This document shows, piece after piece, positions 10,613-20,211 of a DNA stretch of 64,000 nucleotides. This DNA is from a virus. Lineage: Duplodnaviria; Caudoviricetes. Below the pieces are notes generated by a model, which ran no database searches, was not told the origin of the DNA, and saw nothing but the letters and a program-made list of their open reading frames with translations. The stretch's first letter is position 1. Each line of letters starts with the position of its first letter. Both the position numbers and the translations under genes were made by a program. The stretch covers positions 44,395-108,394 of the IMG/VR virus record IMGVR_UViG_2599185230_000001; one strand, written 5' to 3'.

Positions 10613-10954
10613 ATGGATATTAATGAACACATTATCAAGCTTCGGAAAGAAAAAGGTTATAGCACAACCAGACTTGCCAAACTGGCTGGCATCGCACAAT
10701 CAACATTACGTGAAATCGAACTTGGTAATACTTCACCAACGTTTGATACTATAAGAAAAATTAGTATTGCATTGGGGGTACCCCCGTTTGTTTTTGCTAT
10801 AGATCCCGATTTTCAACCACCTGAGTTATCAGAGTTTTTGCTTGCGGGAACCTCTCTTGAGTTTCGTCGCATAGTATTGAAGTTAAAACAATTGCCACCA
10901 GACAAGCTTAAAATTCTCGAATCAGTTTTAGATACATGGGTTGAATCTAACTAA
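10613..10954 (+). CDS. cI-like XRE repressor (switch 1)
   Basis: YSTTRLAKLAGIAQSTLREIELGNTSPT. Confidence 0.88.
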   Translation: MDINEHIIKLRKEKGYSTTRLAKLAGIAQSTLREIELGNTSPTFDTIRKISIALGVPPFVFAIDPDFQPPELSEFLLAGTSLEFRRIVLKLKQLPPDKLKILESVLDTWVESN

Positions 10955-10989
10955 ATCCTCACCGCCACTAAACCGAAAGGAGAGCAACC

Positions 10990-11277
10990 ATGACTAATGA
11001 AGAATTCCAAACATTAGTACTCCAACACTTTCAAAAGGTTTATGAGAAATTAGATTCCGTTGATAAACGCCAAATTAAATTAGAAAATGTAGTTACTCGC
11101 ATAGAAACCGACCACGGCGAAAAACTTAGTATCCTTTTAGACGGCCATGAGCAAAAAACTCAAATACTTGACCGCCACACCGAGCAACTTGACCGCATTG
11201 AAAGTAAAATCGAAAGCCACGACATCCAAATTTCCGTGCTGGATAAAACCAAAGCTAATAAGCGTAAAGCAAAGTAA
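10990..11277 (+). CDS. Coiled-coil hypothetical protein
   Basis: Heptad-rich 95 aa; GAAAGGAG RBS. Confidence 0.7.
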   Translation: MTNEEFQTLVLQHFQKVYEKLDSVDKRQIKLENVVTRIETDHGEKLSILLDGHEQKTQILDRHTEQLDRIESKIESHDIQISVLDKTKANKRKAK

Positions 11278-11370
11278 TCCTATTGGCATTAACCCGGCAG
11301 TGTTGTCTTTAAGATAAGCAGTTAATACCGGACAAATTTTGGCGTGGCGATCTTTTTTAGGTTCCATGGG

Positions 11371-11637
11371 TTAGCTTCCTTCAGTGCCTGTATGTCTTTT
11401 ACCACCACTACATACATGTAATGGTTTATCCAAAAAAATATATTCATTATAGTCAAGTCCATTTTTCTTGCAAAATTTCATAAACCTTCCTAGAAATTTA
11501 GGACCTGCTACACTTTTGGTATTCAATACCCTATGTAATTGAGCAACGTCAACTTCAAGCTGACGGGCAAACTCATGATAATTACCTTCAGCATGTATAG
11601 ACATCAATTTTTTCACTTTTTCTTTATTTAAAAACAT
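11371..11637 (-). CDS. Cro-like HTH (switch 2)
   Basis: NYHEFARQLEVDVAQLHRVLN; GGAGGTG RBS. Confidence 0.75.
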   Translation of the reverse strand: MFLNKEKVKKLMSIHAEGNYHEFARQLEVDVAQLHRVLNTKSVAGPKFLGRFMKFCKKNGLDYNEYIFLDKPLHVCSGGKRHTGTEGS

Positions 11638-11651
11638 TATTACACCTCCAG

Positions 11652-11711
11652 GTATTACATGTAATCAACATTGATTACATGTAATACTATAACACTGCCA
11701 TTACATGCAGT
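11652..11711. promoter_or_regulatory. ATTACATGTAAT operators of switch 2
   Basis: Perfect palindromes at 11654-11665 and 11674-11685 (together a 17-bp-arm inverted repeat), degenerate copy at 11700-11711. Confidence 0.75.
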
Positions 11712-11805
11712 CAATGGATTTTTTAAAAAAAGTTGGTCATTGATTGCAATCAATGATTTTGTTATATAATATGTACTATAGGTAAAAGGAGTAGGAGATA
11801 TCTAT

Positions 11806-12195
11806 ATGTTTGATAAACAAAAATTTGCTCAATTATTAAACAGGGCACGAGGAGACAGATCAATTAATCAGTATGCTTTACATACCGGTGTTACATCAGC
11901 TCACATATCTAGATTATCAAGGGCTATACTAGATTCGCCACCATCTCCTCAAACAATAAAAAAATTAGCTGATAATGCATACAATGATGTCACATATAAA
12001 GATTTGATGGCAGCTGCCGGGTACCTCGATCAAAAAGACCCTCCAAAACCAAAGGCACTTGAAGGGTTGGATATGTTTTTTTTACGAGCCGTTGGCAAAC
12101 TATCTCCGGAAGGAAAAAAGAAAGTTTATGATTACGTTGAAATGGTTGATGCCTTAGAAAAACAAAAAATAAAAGAACAAAATAAGAAAAAATAA
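11806..12195 (+). CDS. ImmR-like repressor (switch 2)
   Basis: RSINQYALHTGVTSAHISRL...YKDLMAAAGYL; upstream TATAAT; followed by ImmA. Confidence 0.8.
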   Translation: MFDKQKFAQLLNRARGDRSINQYALHTGVTSAHISRLSRAILDSPPSPQTIKKLADNAYNDVTYKDLMAAAGYLDQKDPPKPKALEGLDMFFLRAVGKLSPEGKKKVYDYVEMVDALEKQKIKEQNKKK

Positions 12196-12222
12196 ACCAC
12201 CGCAAAAATAGCGGTGGTTTTG
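12195..12222 (+). terminator. Intrinsic terminator
   Basis: aaccaccgc-aaaaata-gcggtggtttt. Confidence 0.6.
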
Positions 12223-12265
12223 TTGCTTTTTAAACATTCGACATTATTCAACAGGAGATGACATT

Positions 12266-13006
12266 TTGACTGAATCAAATGCTACAATAGAGGCGAGATT
12301 ATTAGTCAATGCGCTCAAACCTAAATATCCTTTAGAGGTTACCTGGTTAGCCAATCAAATACTTGATAAACCTGTTATACTTGATGAGCAAGATTTCCCC
12401 ATGAATATATGTGCCATGATTTTGGACAAGCCCATATATACCTCTGTACATATTTGTGTAAACCTTAATAGGCCTCACACAAGCCGGCGTTTTGGCGTGA
12501 TACATGAATTAGCGCACCTATACCTGGGCCACAAAGGGAATATTAGTTTTATTGAAGAAGAGGAAGACCCTGTCCTTCACACAGAAGCCGATGACTTTTC
12601 AACCGAAATGCTTACACCTAAACATAGTATACTTATGCTAGCCCATAGATACCATGAGCCAATGGTCCTAATTCATAAAATTTTACGCGGTTATGATGTT
12701 AGTCTGGAAATGACGTGCAGAAGAATTTTAGAACTTGAAATTTTTAATGGCACTTTTACTTGCTTTAATGAAAATGATACATTTTTTTCTTATAGCACTC
12801 ATGGATTTGAACTTAATACAGAAAATATTAATTACATACCCAAGATTAACAAAGGTTGCTTAATAACACGTAAAGAAACTATACACGGTGTTCCTGTCAA
12901 TTGTTATATCAAACGTTTCATTAGTGGAAATTTTTTAATAGCTTTGGTAGAAGAGAGTCCAAAACCGTTTATAGAAAAACGACCTATCTTCATCCTGCGT
13001 GCTTAG
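12266..13006 (+). CDS. ImmA/IrrE-family metallopeptidase (anti-repressor)
   Basis: RRFGVIHELAHLYLGH and EADDFSTEMLTP motifs. Confidence 0.88.
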   Translation: MTESNATIEARLLVNALKPKYPLEVTWLANQILDKPVILDEQDFPMNICAMILDKPIYTSVHICVNLNRPHTSRRFGVIHELAHLYLGHKGNISFIEEEEDPVLHTEADDFSTEMLTPKHSILMLAHRYHEPMVLIHKILRGYDVSLEMTCRRILELEIFNGTFTCFNENDTFFSYSTHGFELNTENINYIPKINKGCLITRKETIHGVPVNCYIKRFISGNFLIALVEESPKPFIEKRPIFILRA

Positions 13007-13028
13007 GTAATTAATTTTACCTTCGTAA

Positions 13029-13045
13029 ATGGCCATAATGGCCAT
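13029..13045. promoter_or_regulatory. Tandem ATGGCCAT palindromes, probable TA operator
   Basis: atggccat-a-atggccat just upstream of TATAAT and the antitoxin gene. Confidence 0.55.
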
Positions 13046-13090
13046 ATTGTATTATAATTAATGTAAGAATAACATAGAGGTGATTTACCC

Positions 13091-13546
13091 ATGCCAAGCA
13101 TTCCTATTCATGAGGCGAAAAATAAACTAAGTGCTTTAAGACGTGAAGCCATAGCTGGTAGAGAATTTCTATTAGCTGATACAAAAAGAAAAGACGACCA
13201 ACCAGCATCACTCATTTCAACAGCTTTACTAGATGAACTATGTGAGAGTAAAACTTTTTCTTTCGGATGGCCTGATGAACCGGGAAAAGAAAGTGATAAT
13301 TATTCGCTTTATAACCATGAAACCGGAGTATATGGTATCGGCCCCACAAAAAAGGAAGCTGTAGAAGATTTTATTGATAATATCGTGGATTATACTAATG
13401 TATATTTTAACGACCTTCCATTTTATTTAAGCATATCCGGTGGCCGTCGTGGACATTATTGGTATCTACGGCGTATTCTTCGCTGCGAAGGAAATAAAGA
13501 AAGAATTTATCAGTTAATGGAACTAGATAAGGTGATGGTTGATTAA
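13091..13546 (+). CDS. Antitoxin with Phd/YefM-like N-terminus and HicB-like C-terminus
   Basis: IPIHEAKNKLSAL and YGIGPTKKEAVEDF segments; stop overlaps the toxin start. Confidence 0.65.
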   Translation: MPSIPIHEAKNKLSALRREAIAGREFLLADTKRKDDQPASLISTALLDELCESKTFSFGWPDEPGKESDNYSLYNHETGVYGIGPTKKEAVEDFIDNIVDYTNVYFNDLPFYLSISGGRRGHYWYLRRILRCEGNKERIYQLMELDKVMVD

Positions 13547-13782
13547 TGGGGTATACCTTTACTTGGGATGACATCGAAAAAATTTGCCGCAAATTAGGGA
13601 TGAAAAAACAAGGCAAAACCGCTGTTTGGAAAGGTGTAGGGCCAGATGGAATTAAGCGTACCTGTGTTATCCATGCCAAACATAAAGGTAATATAGGAAG
13701 TGGTTTAGCACAGAAGATCGCCACAAGAGAACTAGGTTTTTCCTCGGTAGAAGAAATGTATAATTTTTTAAAAGCTATCTAG
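13546..13782 (+). CDS. HicA-like toxin
   Basis: 78 aa, basic; DIEKICRKLG...IHAKHKGNIGSGLAQKIA. Confidence 0.7.
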   Translation: MGYTFTWDDIEKICRKLGMKKQGKTAVWKGVGPDGIKRTCVIHAKHKGNIGSGLAQKIATRELGFSSVEEMYNFLKAI

Positions 13783-13865
13783 AAAAATTTACATTTAAAT
13801 CAAATGAGAACAAGTCCCGGTGATTAAAGATCATAAATTAAGCTAATTTTAACCGAGGTGTTAAT

Positions 13866-15657
13866 ATGACCCAGATATACAACTTCCGTAACACATACAA
13901 AGAAAAAAACAACTCTATCCGCTATGCCGTAGCCGTATTTCGAACATCAACCGAGGATCAATTCATAAGAGGTAATTCTATTACCGAGCAGAACAGCCGT
14001 ATAGATAAATGGGCTTTGAAAAACAACGTTATAATCATTGACAGGGAAGATATCGACCACTCTGCTTATCGAGGCCTGGATGAAGATCCCCGAATGTTAC
14101 ATTTACTTGAAAAAGCAAAATCAGATCCACGAGTCAGTTTCTTTTTGGTTGATGAAAAAAGCAGATTTGCCAGACGTAAAGTTCTTCGCGTAATGTGGGC
14201 ACATGAACTCCGTCAGCATGGCGTTGAAGTTATTGGTGTCAGTGAACCTCACTATGACCGTAATTCCATTATGGGTGTATGGTGGGAGGGTATGAGCGAA
14301 ACCAAGGACGAGGCTCGTTCCATGGAAACAGCTTACTGGACCATGCGTGGCATGTTACGCAATTTCCAGGAACGAGATCCCGAAACCGGTCATTGTTACC
14401 GTAACGGTGGACCGCCGGCATACGGCTATAAAAATGTCCATGTAACCAGAGGCAAAGACCCCAGAGGTAAAGATATCGTTAAACTTATCTGGGACATCAA
14501 TGACGAGCATGCACCAATTGTCCGTTACGTTGTGCTAACTTGTTGGTTAGAAAAAAACATGACATTCAAGGCGATAAGAAACCATTTACAGTCTAATGAA
14601 CCCAAATGGGACGGACGACGTGAACCGGTTCTAAACGCTAAAAACAAACCTTGGAGTCTAACCTCTATTCGCGAGATGTGTGTTAAGGCGATGGAGGGGT
14701 ATTACAACGGGGTAGGTTACTTTAATCGCACCAGTAAGGATCTAGTTGGTACCGGCCAAAAGTGGAAAGATACAGAGGAATGGCTTCGACTAGAAAATGC
14801 CCACCCTAAAATTATTACAGATGAAGAATTTGTAAAGTTAGTTAAAGTGAAAGGTTTAAAAATGGAGCAAAGAAAAAAATCCGGGTTCATACCTCCTCGG
14901 GCAGAAAACAGTCGATATTTATTTACAGGAAAAAATCTAATCGGTGAGAATATGTTTACCTGCCTTCGCTGCGGCGGTCCGATGAAAGGTTCACCGTCAG
15001 GAGGTTATTTGTACTATATATGTTCAAATAGGGATAATCAAGCTGTGATAATAATGCTCACTTAGCACAGGATGAAATCGAAAAAGTTGTTATTGATTAC
15101 ATTAAGGGAATGTTTTCGCCAGCAATGCTGGACGAAATAGTAAAAGAGGCAGAGAGAATTCTGGGACAGGAAAATAGCGACCAAGACGGGGCTATAAAAC
15201 ACTTGGAGAAATCTATTCAAGAAAAACAGCAGGCTATCAGTAACCTTCTTGAGCGTTAAAATTCGCCAAGGACCGTTCTATTATGCCTACACTAACAGCT
15301 GAACTTGACAAACTACAACAGGAAAAATCAGCTTTATTAAGCGATTTGGAAGAAATCAAATTGGACAAGCCAAAGTCTGTAATAATTGATTAGGCAGCTA
15401 TAATTAAAAAAATAAATTATCTTGAAACGGTTTTGCGAAGTGATAAAGTCAGTAATCGCGATAAAAAAATAGCTGTTAAGGGCTTTGTAAAACAGCTTCA
15501 ATATGACCCAGTAGAAAATATGCTTCATATATATTTCTGGCCTTCACCGGTGGACCAGGCCAGCCCGATGGTTACCGAGGCGCTAAAAAGCAGAAAAGCC
15601 GGAGATAACAGCTCTCCGACTTTCCCGGCTTTAGGTGGAGGCGACACCCGGATTTGA
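13866..15657 (+). pseudogene. Large serine recombinase, disrupted
   Basis: RTST catalytic motif, SRFAR, PAYGY, Zn-ribbon CLRC...YYIC; frameshifts near 15040 and 15255, in-frame TAG near 15391; the tail runs into the tRNA. Confidence 0.88.
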
Positions 15658-15710
15658 ACCGGGGGATGAAGGATTTGCAGTCCTCTGCCTTACCACTTGG
15701 CTATGTCGCC
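15636..15710 (-). tRNA. tRNA-Cys(GCA)
   Basis: Reverse complement GGCGACATAGCCAAGTGGTAAGGCAGAGGACTGCAAATCCTTCATCCCCCGGTTCAAATCCGGGTGTCGCCTCCA forms a cloverleaf with anticodon GCA and encoded CCA. Confidence 0.97.
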
Positions 15711-16222
15711 TTGGGAAAGACCTCCCCAAAAACGCAACCCCGCATCTGGTGCGGCCTAAACCTTCTATCCAGATATTAACAAACTAATAATTTTATTAAC
15801 TTTTGGCCTGAGTCCCCTGCCGCTATTTCGAAAATCCTCTGCCGCTGGCTAAAGTCCTCCGTCGTCATTATAACTCCATAATATTTCTAAAGCCACTCCT
15901 TATGGCAACTACTCCAAAAACTCCTTTGCCATGCAATGTTGGAAATGGTTCGAATATACGTTAATCTTTGGGAAACAGATTTGCAGGCAATGCATATGCA
16001 GTTTAACCCGGTGGACAGGCTTTTAAACAATTAATTAAAACGGGGGTATTAAGCTCCCTTTTATTCCCCTCAGCTATCTTATTTTAATAAACACAATATT
16101 GTTAAATACCCCGTTCCCTTTATACTTGTTATTTAAACATAACTAAACACAGAGAAGCGGTATACTTGTTCAGTACGCACCGCTTCTCCCTCCGAACTGA
16201 TTCCTTCTCTAATTTAATTTAA

Positions 16223-17500
16223 TTAACCCAATGGTAATCCAACTGCATCAAGCAAATCTTCCTTTTTTTGGTATTGTAGCCATAATATAAAGCCCCTATC
16301 TACGACATGAAGCCTTAGGTTAGATTCATCATAATCTAAAATTGTTGGCTTAACGCCCTTATTAATTTGTAACGATGCAGTAAATTTAAGTGCTTGCGTA
16401 ATATTACCAGAGTTCAATTCCTCACCACGGGGGTGCTTTTGCTCTAGCTTTTTTCTTATTTCAGAATATCTTAATCCTTTTTCTAATTCCTCCGTTGTTG
16501 CTGTCAGTATCGGATAAAGAAGCCACTTATACATTTGAAGAGTAGTATCTTGAAAACCATCCGCAAATTGAATTATAAATGAATTATACCTACCCGACTG
16601 TTGATTGACTATTTCTTTTATAATATCCTGGACTGATTTATCAACATTGACAACAATATTTTCTTCTTGAGTTTCTTCGATTCCTTTTAATTCACATGCT
16701 TTATAGCATGCCTCTTGAACTATATAAACACTTTCCTGGCAATTATTTATTAAATTATTCTTAAAATCATCCGTGAAGGTAATATATAGAAGTTGTTCCC
16801 CATTTTTTATAACCTCAAGAAGTTGAGGCTTAGTCCATTTATCGGCGTTAATAGCCATAACCCTACCAGTTAAATCGCCATTATAAACAATTAAGCGATT
16901 TTCCTCAAGCCATACTCCAACTATTACAAAACATAAGTTAGAATTTTCATGAAAAGCCTTGAGTTCAACTGCAAAATCCTTTTGTGTTTCAGGTTTAAGA
17001 TAATGAAAATCTTCAAGTATTATTAGTTTACTAAACTTCATCTGGGCAAGAGCATTAATTATGTCGTTTACATCATCAATATCTAATTCAAGTTGAACAC
17101 TTGTTATTGCCGTCTCCTTTTCTTGCTGTTTTTCCCCTTGTAAAGATGAACCTATACCTAAAACTTTTGCCGTAAGCGAAGCAACAATCTTGTTTTTTCC
17201 CCTCTCGGTCTTAACGACAGATTGCTTAATTTCAAAACCTGCCCGTTTAAGAATATTTGCATTAATGTCTCCGATGTCCCATTGATTAGAACAATGGATA
17301 GTTATGTAATCTTCCTGCTTTAAGTTTTTTTTTCGAAGACTTGTTTTTCCTTGTTTTGAACTTCCGAATATAACTATATGCTTATCTCTTTTAAGCTCTT
17401 TAAACTTATCATCAATACCTTCTCTTGCCACATAGTTCTCTGGTACATTTCTTGAAATTCCAAATACATCTTGTGTTTTATAAACGGTTATTGTTGCCAT
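16223..17500 (-). CDS. P-loop ATPase with probable C-terminal winged-helix region
   Basis: Walker A GSSKQGKTS, Walker B LIILEDFH; AAGGGAG RBS before ATG at 17500; low GC. Confidence 0.8.
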   Translation of the reverse strand: MATITVYKTQDVFGISRNVPENYVAREGIDDKFKELKRDKHIVIFGSSKQGKTSLRKKNLKQEDYITIHCSNQWDIGDINANILKRAGFEIKQSVVKTERGKNKIVASLTAKVLGIGSSLQGEKQQEKETAITSVQLELDIDDVNDIINALAQMKFSKLIILEDFHYLKPETQKDFAVELKAFHENSNLCFVIVGVWLEENRLIVYNGDLTGRVMAINADKWTKPQLLEVIKNGEQLLYITFTDDFKNNLINNCQESVYIVQEACYKACELKGIEETQEENIVVNVDKSVQDIIKEIVNQQSGRYNSFIIQFADGFQDTTLQMYKWLLYPILTATTEELEKGLRYSEIRKKLEQKHPRGEELNSGNITQALKFTASLQINKGVKPTILDYDESNLRLHVVDRGFILWLQYQKKEDLLDAVGLPLG

Positions 17501-17737
17501 ATGATTTCTCCCTTTATACATATTAGGAATGGGTATATTCGCCGCACCCGAATGACTTACATTATAACACATTTCACTTAATATATTAATATTTCCAGTA
17601 AAGGTTAAGGTTATTATATACACCATATTTACGCTACTTATTCATTATGATGGCTACAGTAAAATCGACATATATCTATTTAATTATACAAAGGTTTCTT
17701 AACAAATAAGCAGAATATAAAAAATAATATCAGCTGG

Positions 17738-18175
17738 GTGGTGTTAATATTGAACGAACAAACTAAAATAAAATTAATACAATTGGGCTTTACTGAAGAC
17801 GAGATCAACAAAATGGCAGATACATTTAAAAACACACTAAAACTTTCCCCCCAAAAAGTCGAATCGGCATTTAATGAACTTATTAATCAAGGGCTTGATG
17901 AACAATCCGCACATGATTTCTTTGTCCATACTCCATCTATCTTTGGAAAAGCAGTTGAAACAACTAGAAAACAATTCGACCTTTATCGGCAAATATTTGG
18001 GGATAGGTATATTGAAGTCATTAGTGATAGTCCAAGACGATTAATCCAAGGGCCTGAAACAATAATAAATAGATTAAACTATTTTAAAAGCGAAAATATA
18101 CCCTTAGCTGAGGTTCAAAAAAATATATTTATTGGAAAGAAACAATTCAAGAAGAAATATGGTGTTGAACTATAA
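17738..18175 (+). CDS. Helical-repeat protein, mTERF-like
   Basis: LIQLGFTEDEINKM, HTPSIFGKAVET, DSPRRLIQGPETIINRLNYFKS. Confidence 0.55.
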   Translation: MVLILNEQTKIKLIQLGFTEDEINKMADTFKNTLKLSPQKVESAFNELINQGLDEQSAHDFFVHTPSIFGKAVETTRKQFDLYRQIFGDRYIEVISDSPRRLIQGPETIINRLNYFKSENIPLAEVQKNIFIGKKQFKKKYGVEL

Positions 18176-18372
18176 ACTTACACATTACAAACATACCCTG
18201 TTCTCTAATTAAATCTTGCGTAAAAAGCCCCTGCGTCGCTTTTGGTACGACCAAGGGCGTTCGATTTTTAATGTAACAAGATAGCAAAAAAGAAGCCGCA
18301 GATACGGCCCCTGTAAACAGGGTGGTAATTAAGTTTTTAAATCCACGCCACAACGTAATTACCCCCAGGTAA

Positions 18373-19482
18373 TTACGCCACTCGGCTTTTTGCTATTTCA
18401 AAGTAATCAGGGTCTTTTTCAATCACAATAAAATTAAACCCTTCCCTTTTGGCTGCCACCGCCGTACTGCCACTCCCGCCGAAGGGATCTAACACGATAC
18501 CTCCTGGAGGTGTTATTAGTCGGCAAAGCCACGCCATCAAGTCCCTTGGCTTTACCGTGGGATGGTTATTCCGGTATTTCGGAATTTTACCGCCAGTTAA
18601 ACTTCCGTCAGCACTTCCGCACATACTACCGCCGCATTTTTCTTCAAGGCTGATCACGTTGCCCTGCCAGTCGGTGTTCCGGTCATTCTTGCTTGCCTTT
18701 TTGGACAGTTCCCGTGATGTTACATTAAAATATGGGGCATACCATTGGTCAGGGTCAATTGTGACACAATTTGCCGGGAAGCGGCCCATCTCCCCAATTT
18801 TACAGCCGTCAATATTCAGCCCTCCAGTTCCATATGTTTCAACGTTATTGCACACAGTTTTCTCCAGGGGCTTCCTCGCTAAAAGTATCGGTTCATGGGC
18901 TGGTTTCAGGGCCGTCCCCCACCCGTCCCACTGTTTTGCCAGATCGGTGGTAGGTAACTTAATTGGCACCTCCTTTACTGCCTGGGAGTTTTCGTCTTGG
19001 AAGGCATAAGTTTTACCGCTTCCAATACCGGCCTTTTGGGTGCCTATTACTTCCCGTTCGGCCCCAGCCTGCCTGTCAAATTGTTTGCTTACGTTCATGC
19101 TTTTGGGAAAGCCTTTCACGTACAGCCATTCTATTACGTCCCTAATCTCAAAGCCCGCCAGCCGAAGGGCCGTGGTCATAAGGTCTTGTGTCCGTGTCCC
19201 CGCAAAGCAAAGGATGTGTCCCCCAGGTTTTAGCACACGGTAAACTTCCCGCCAAAGGGAAGGGCTGGGCACAAAGCTGTCCCATTCCTTACCCATAAAG
19301 CCTTTACCGGGGTGCCTGTATTCCTGGTCGTTCATCCAGTGGGTCAAGACTTCCCTAATGTCCGGTTCTTTGGAAAGGCCATAAGGCGGGTCAGTTACCA
19401 CCGAGTCAATTGACAGTTCAGGCAGTTCCTTTAACACATCATAGCTGTCGCCCAGGGTAACTACGTTTATAAACTGCTGCAT
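18373..19482 (-). CDS. N4-C/N6-A DNA methyltransferase (beta class)
   Basis: TDPPY, HPTVKP, VLDPFGGSGST. Confidence 0.92.
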   Translation of the reverse strand: MQQFINVVTLGDSYDVLKELPELSIDSVVTDPPYGLSKEPDIREVLTHWMNDQEYRHPGKGFMGKEWDSFVPSPSLWREVYRVLKPGGHILCFAGTRTQDLMTTALRLAGFEIRDVIEWLYVKGFPKSMNVSKQFDRQAGAEREVIGTQKAGIGSGKTYAFQDENSQAVKEVPIKLPTTDLAKQWDGWGTALKPAHEPILLARKPLEKTVCNNVETYGTGGLNIDGCKIGEMGRFPANCVTIDPDQWYAPYFNVTSRELSKKASKNDRNTDWQGNVISLEEKCGGSMCGSADGSLTGGKIPKYRNNHPTVKPRDLMAWLCRLITPPGGIVLDPFGGSGSTAVAAKREGFNFIVIEKDPDYFEIAKSRVA

Positions 19483-19850
19483 TTGTTATGCCTCCTGCGT
19501 TTATCTTTTTTAGGGAAGGTCTTGCAGTAGCTGTAATAAGAAAGGTCTGGCCTGGGAGTTTCCCTTTTATTTCGTACCTTCACCTGTCCATCAGATAAGA
19601 ACGGATATTCTTGACGGGTCACTTTATCGGGGCACTTGTCGGCCAGATCATCTTTTAAAATGCAATTGGCCAGCCATTCCAGCGGTTTGGTGTCGGGTAA
19701 TTCACCCGTCTGATTAACATAGGCTTCGCAAAGGTCGTCCACGGCTTTTATACGCCACGGCATGGGCATTTCTTTTGCCGTTAGTTCCTTTACAGCTTCC
19801 GTAAAGGCCGTTTTGTAATCGCTGTCTTTACTGAATTTACCGTCATACAA
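19467..19850 (-). CDS. Phage hypothetical protein
   Basis: 127 aa, translationally coupled; PDKVTRQEYPFLS. Confidence 0.7.
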   Translation of the reverse strand: MYDGKFSKDSDYKTAFTEAVKELTAKEMPMPWRIKAVDDLCEAYVNQTGELPDTKPLEWLANCILKDDLADKCPDKVTRQEYPFLSDGQVKVRNKRETPRPDLSYYSYCKTFPKKDKRRRHNKCSSL

Positions 19851-20211
19851 TGTCTTGGGCCTCCTCCTTTGCCTTGTTGTTGGCGGCCACTTTCCGCACG
19901 ACGTTATTTACGTGGTCACTTACGGCTTGTTGTGAAATGGTAAGAATTCGGGCCACTTCGTATTGGGTCAAGTCCTTTATAAATACATGGTAAATAACTT
20001 CTTGTTGGCGTTCGGTTAACTTGGCCTCCTTTATGCTCTGATAAAAGTCCATCAACAAAATACAGGCGTCAAAGTCACCTTGAAGGTAGCGGACTTCCCT
20101 TATGCGGTGCATCTGTAACAGCAGGGCGTAAACACCTTTTACCTTATCCAGGGGGTAGGCGTCTTCCAGCCGCTTTTCTTTGGTAGCCAGGTCAATCTTT
20201 ACGCTACCCAG
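19843..20211 (-). CDS. Sigma-70 region 4-like HTH protein (probable CTG start at 20211)
   Basis: LTERQQEVIYHVFIKDLTQYEVARILTISQQAVS; GAGGGG upstream of CTG. Confidence 0.75.
   Translation of the reverse strand: MGSVKIDLATKEKRLEDAYPLDKVKGVYALLLQMHRIREVRYLQGDFDACILLMDFYQSIKEAKLTERQQEVIYHVFIKDLTQYEVARILTISQQAVSDHVNNVVRKVAANNKAKEEAQDIV

Larger units (their letters stand above)
10179..11367. repeat. 88-bp direct repeat (10179-10266 and 11280-11367)
   Basis: Four mismatches, all synonymous; both copies encode MEPKKDRHAKICPVLTAYLKDNTAGLMPI. Confidence 0.95.
2158..15657. mobile_element. Decayed integrative element (defective prophage or IME) at tRNA-Cys; left limit hidden by the Mu-like insertion
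   Basis: Serine integrase pseudogene abutting the tRNA 3' end, ImmR/ImmA, Cro-like genes, ParB-like pseudogene, DUF3970, MTase; no virion genes. Confidence 0.7.

Noticed and set aside
11137-11367. 76-aa ORF as a real gene
   Set aside because: Only the first 29 codons come from the duplicated gene start; the rest is antisense to 10990-11277.
18180-18370. attL/attR of the large prophage
   Set aside because: Only a short AAAAAGCCC match to about 63589 was seen, too weak to call.
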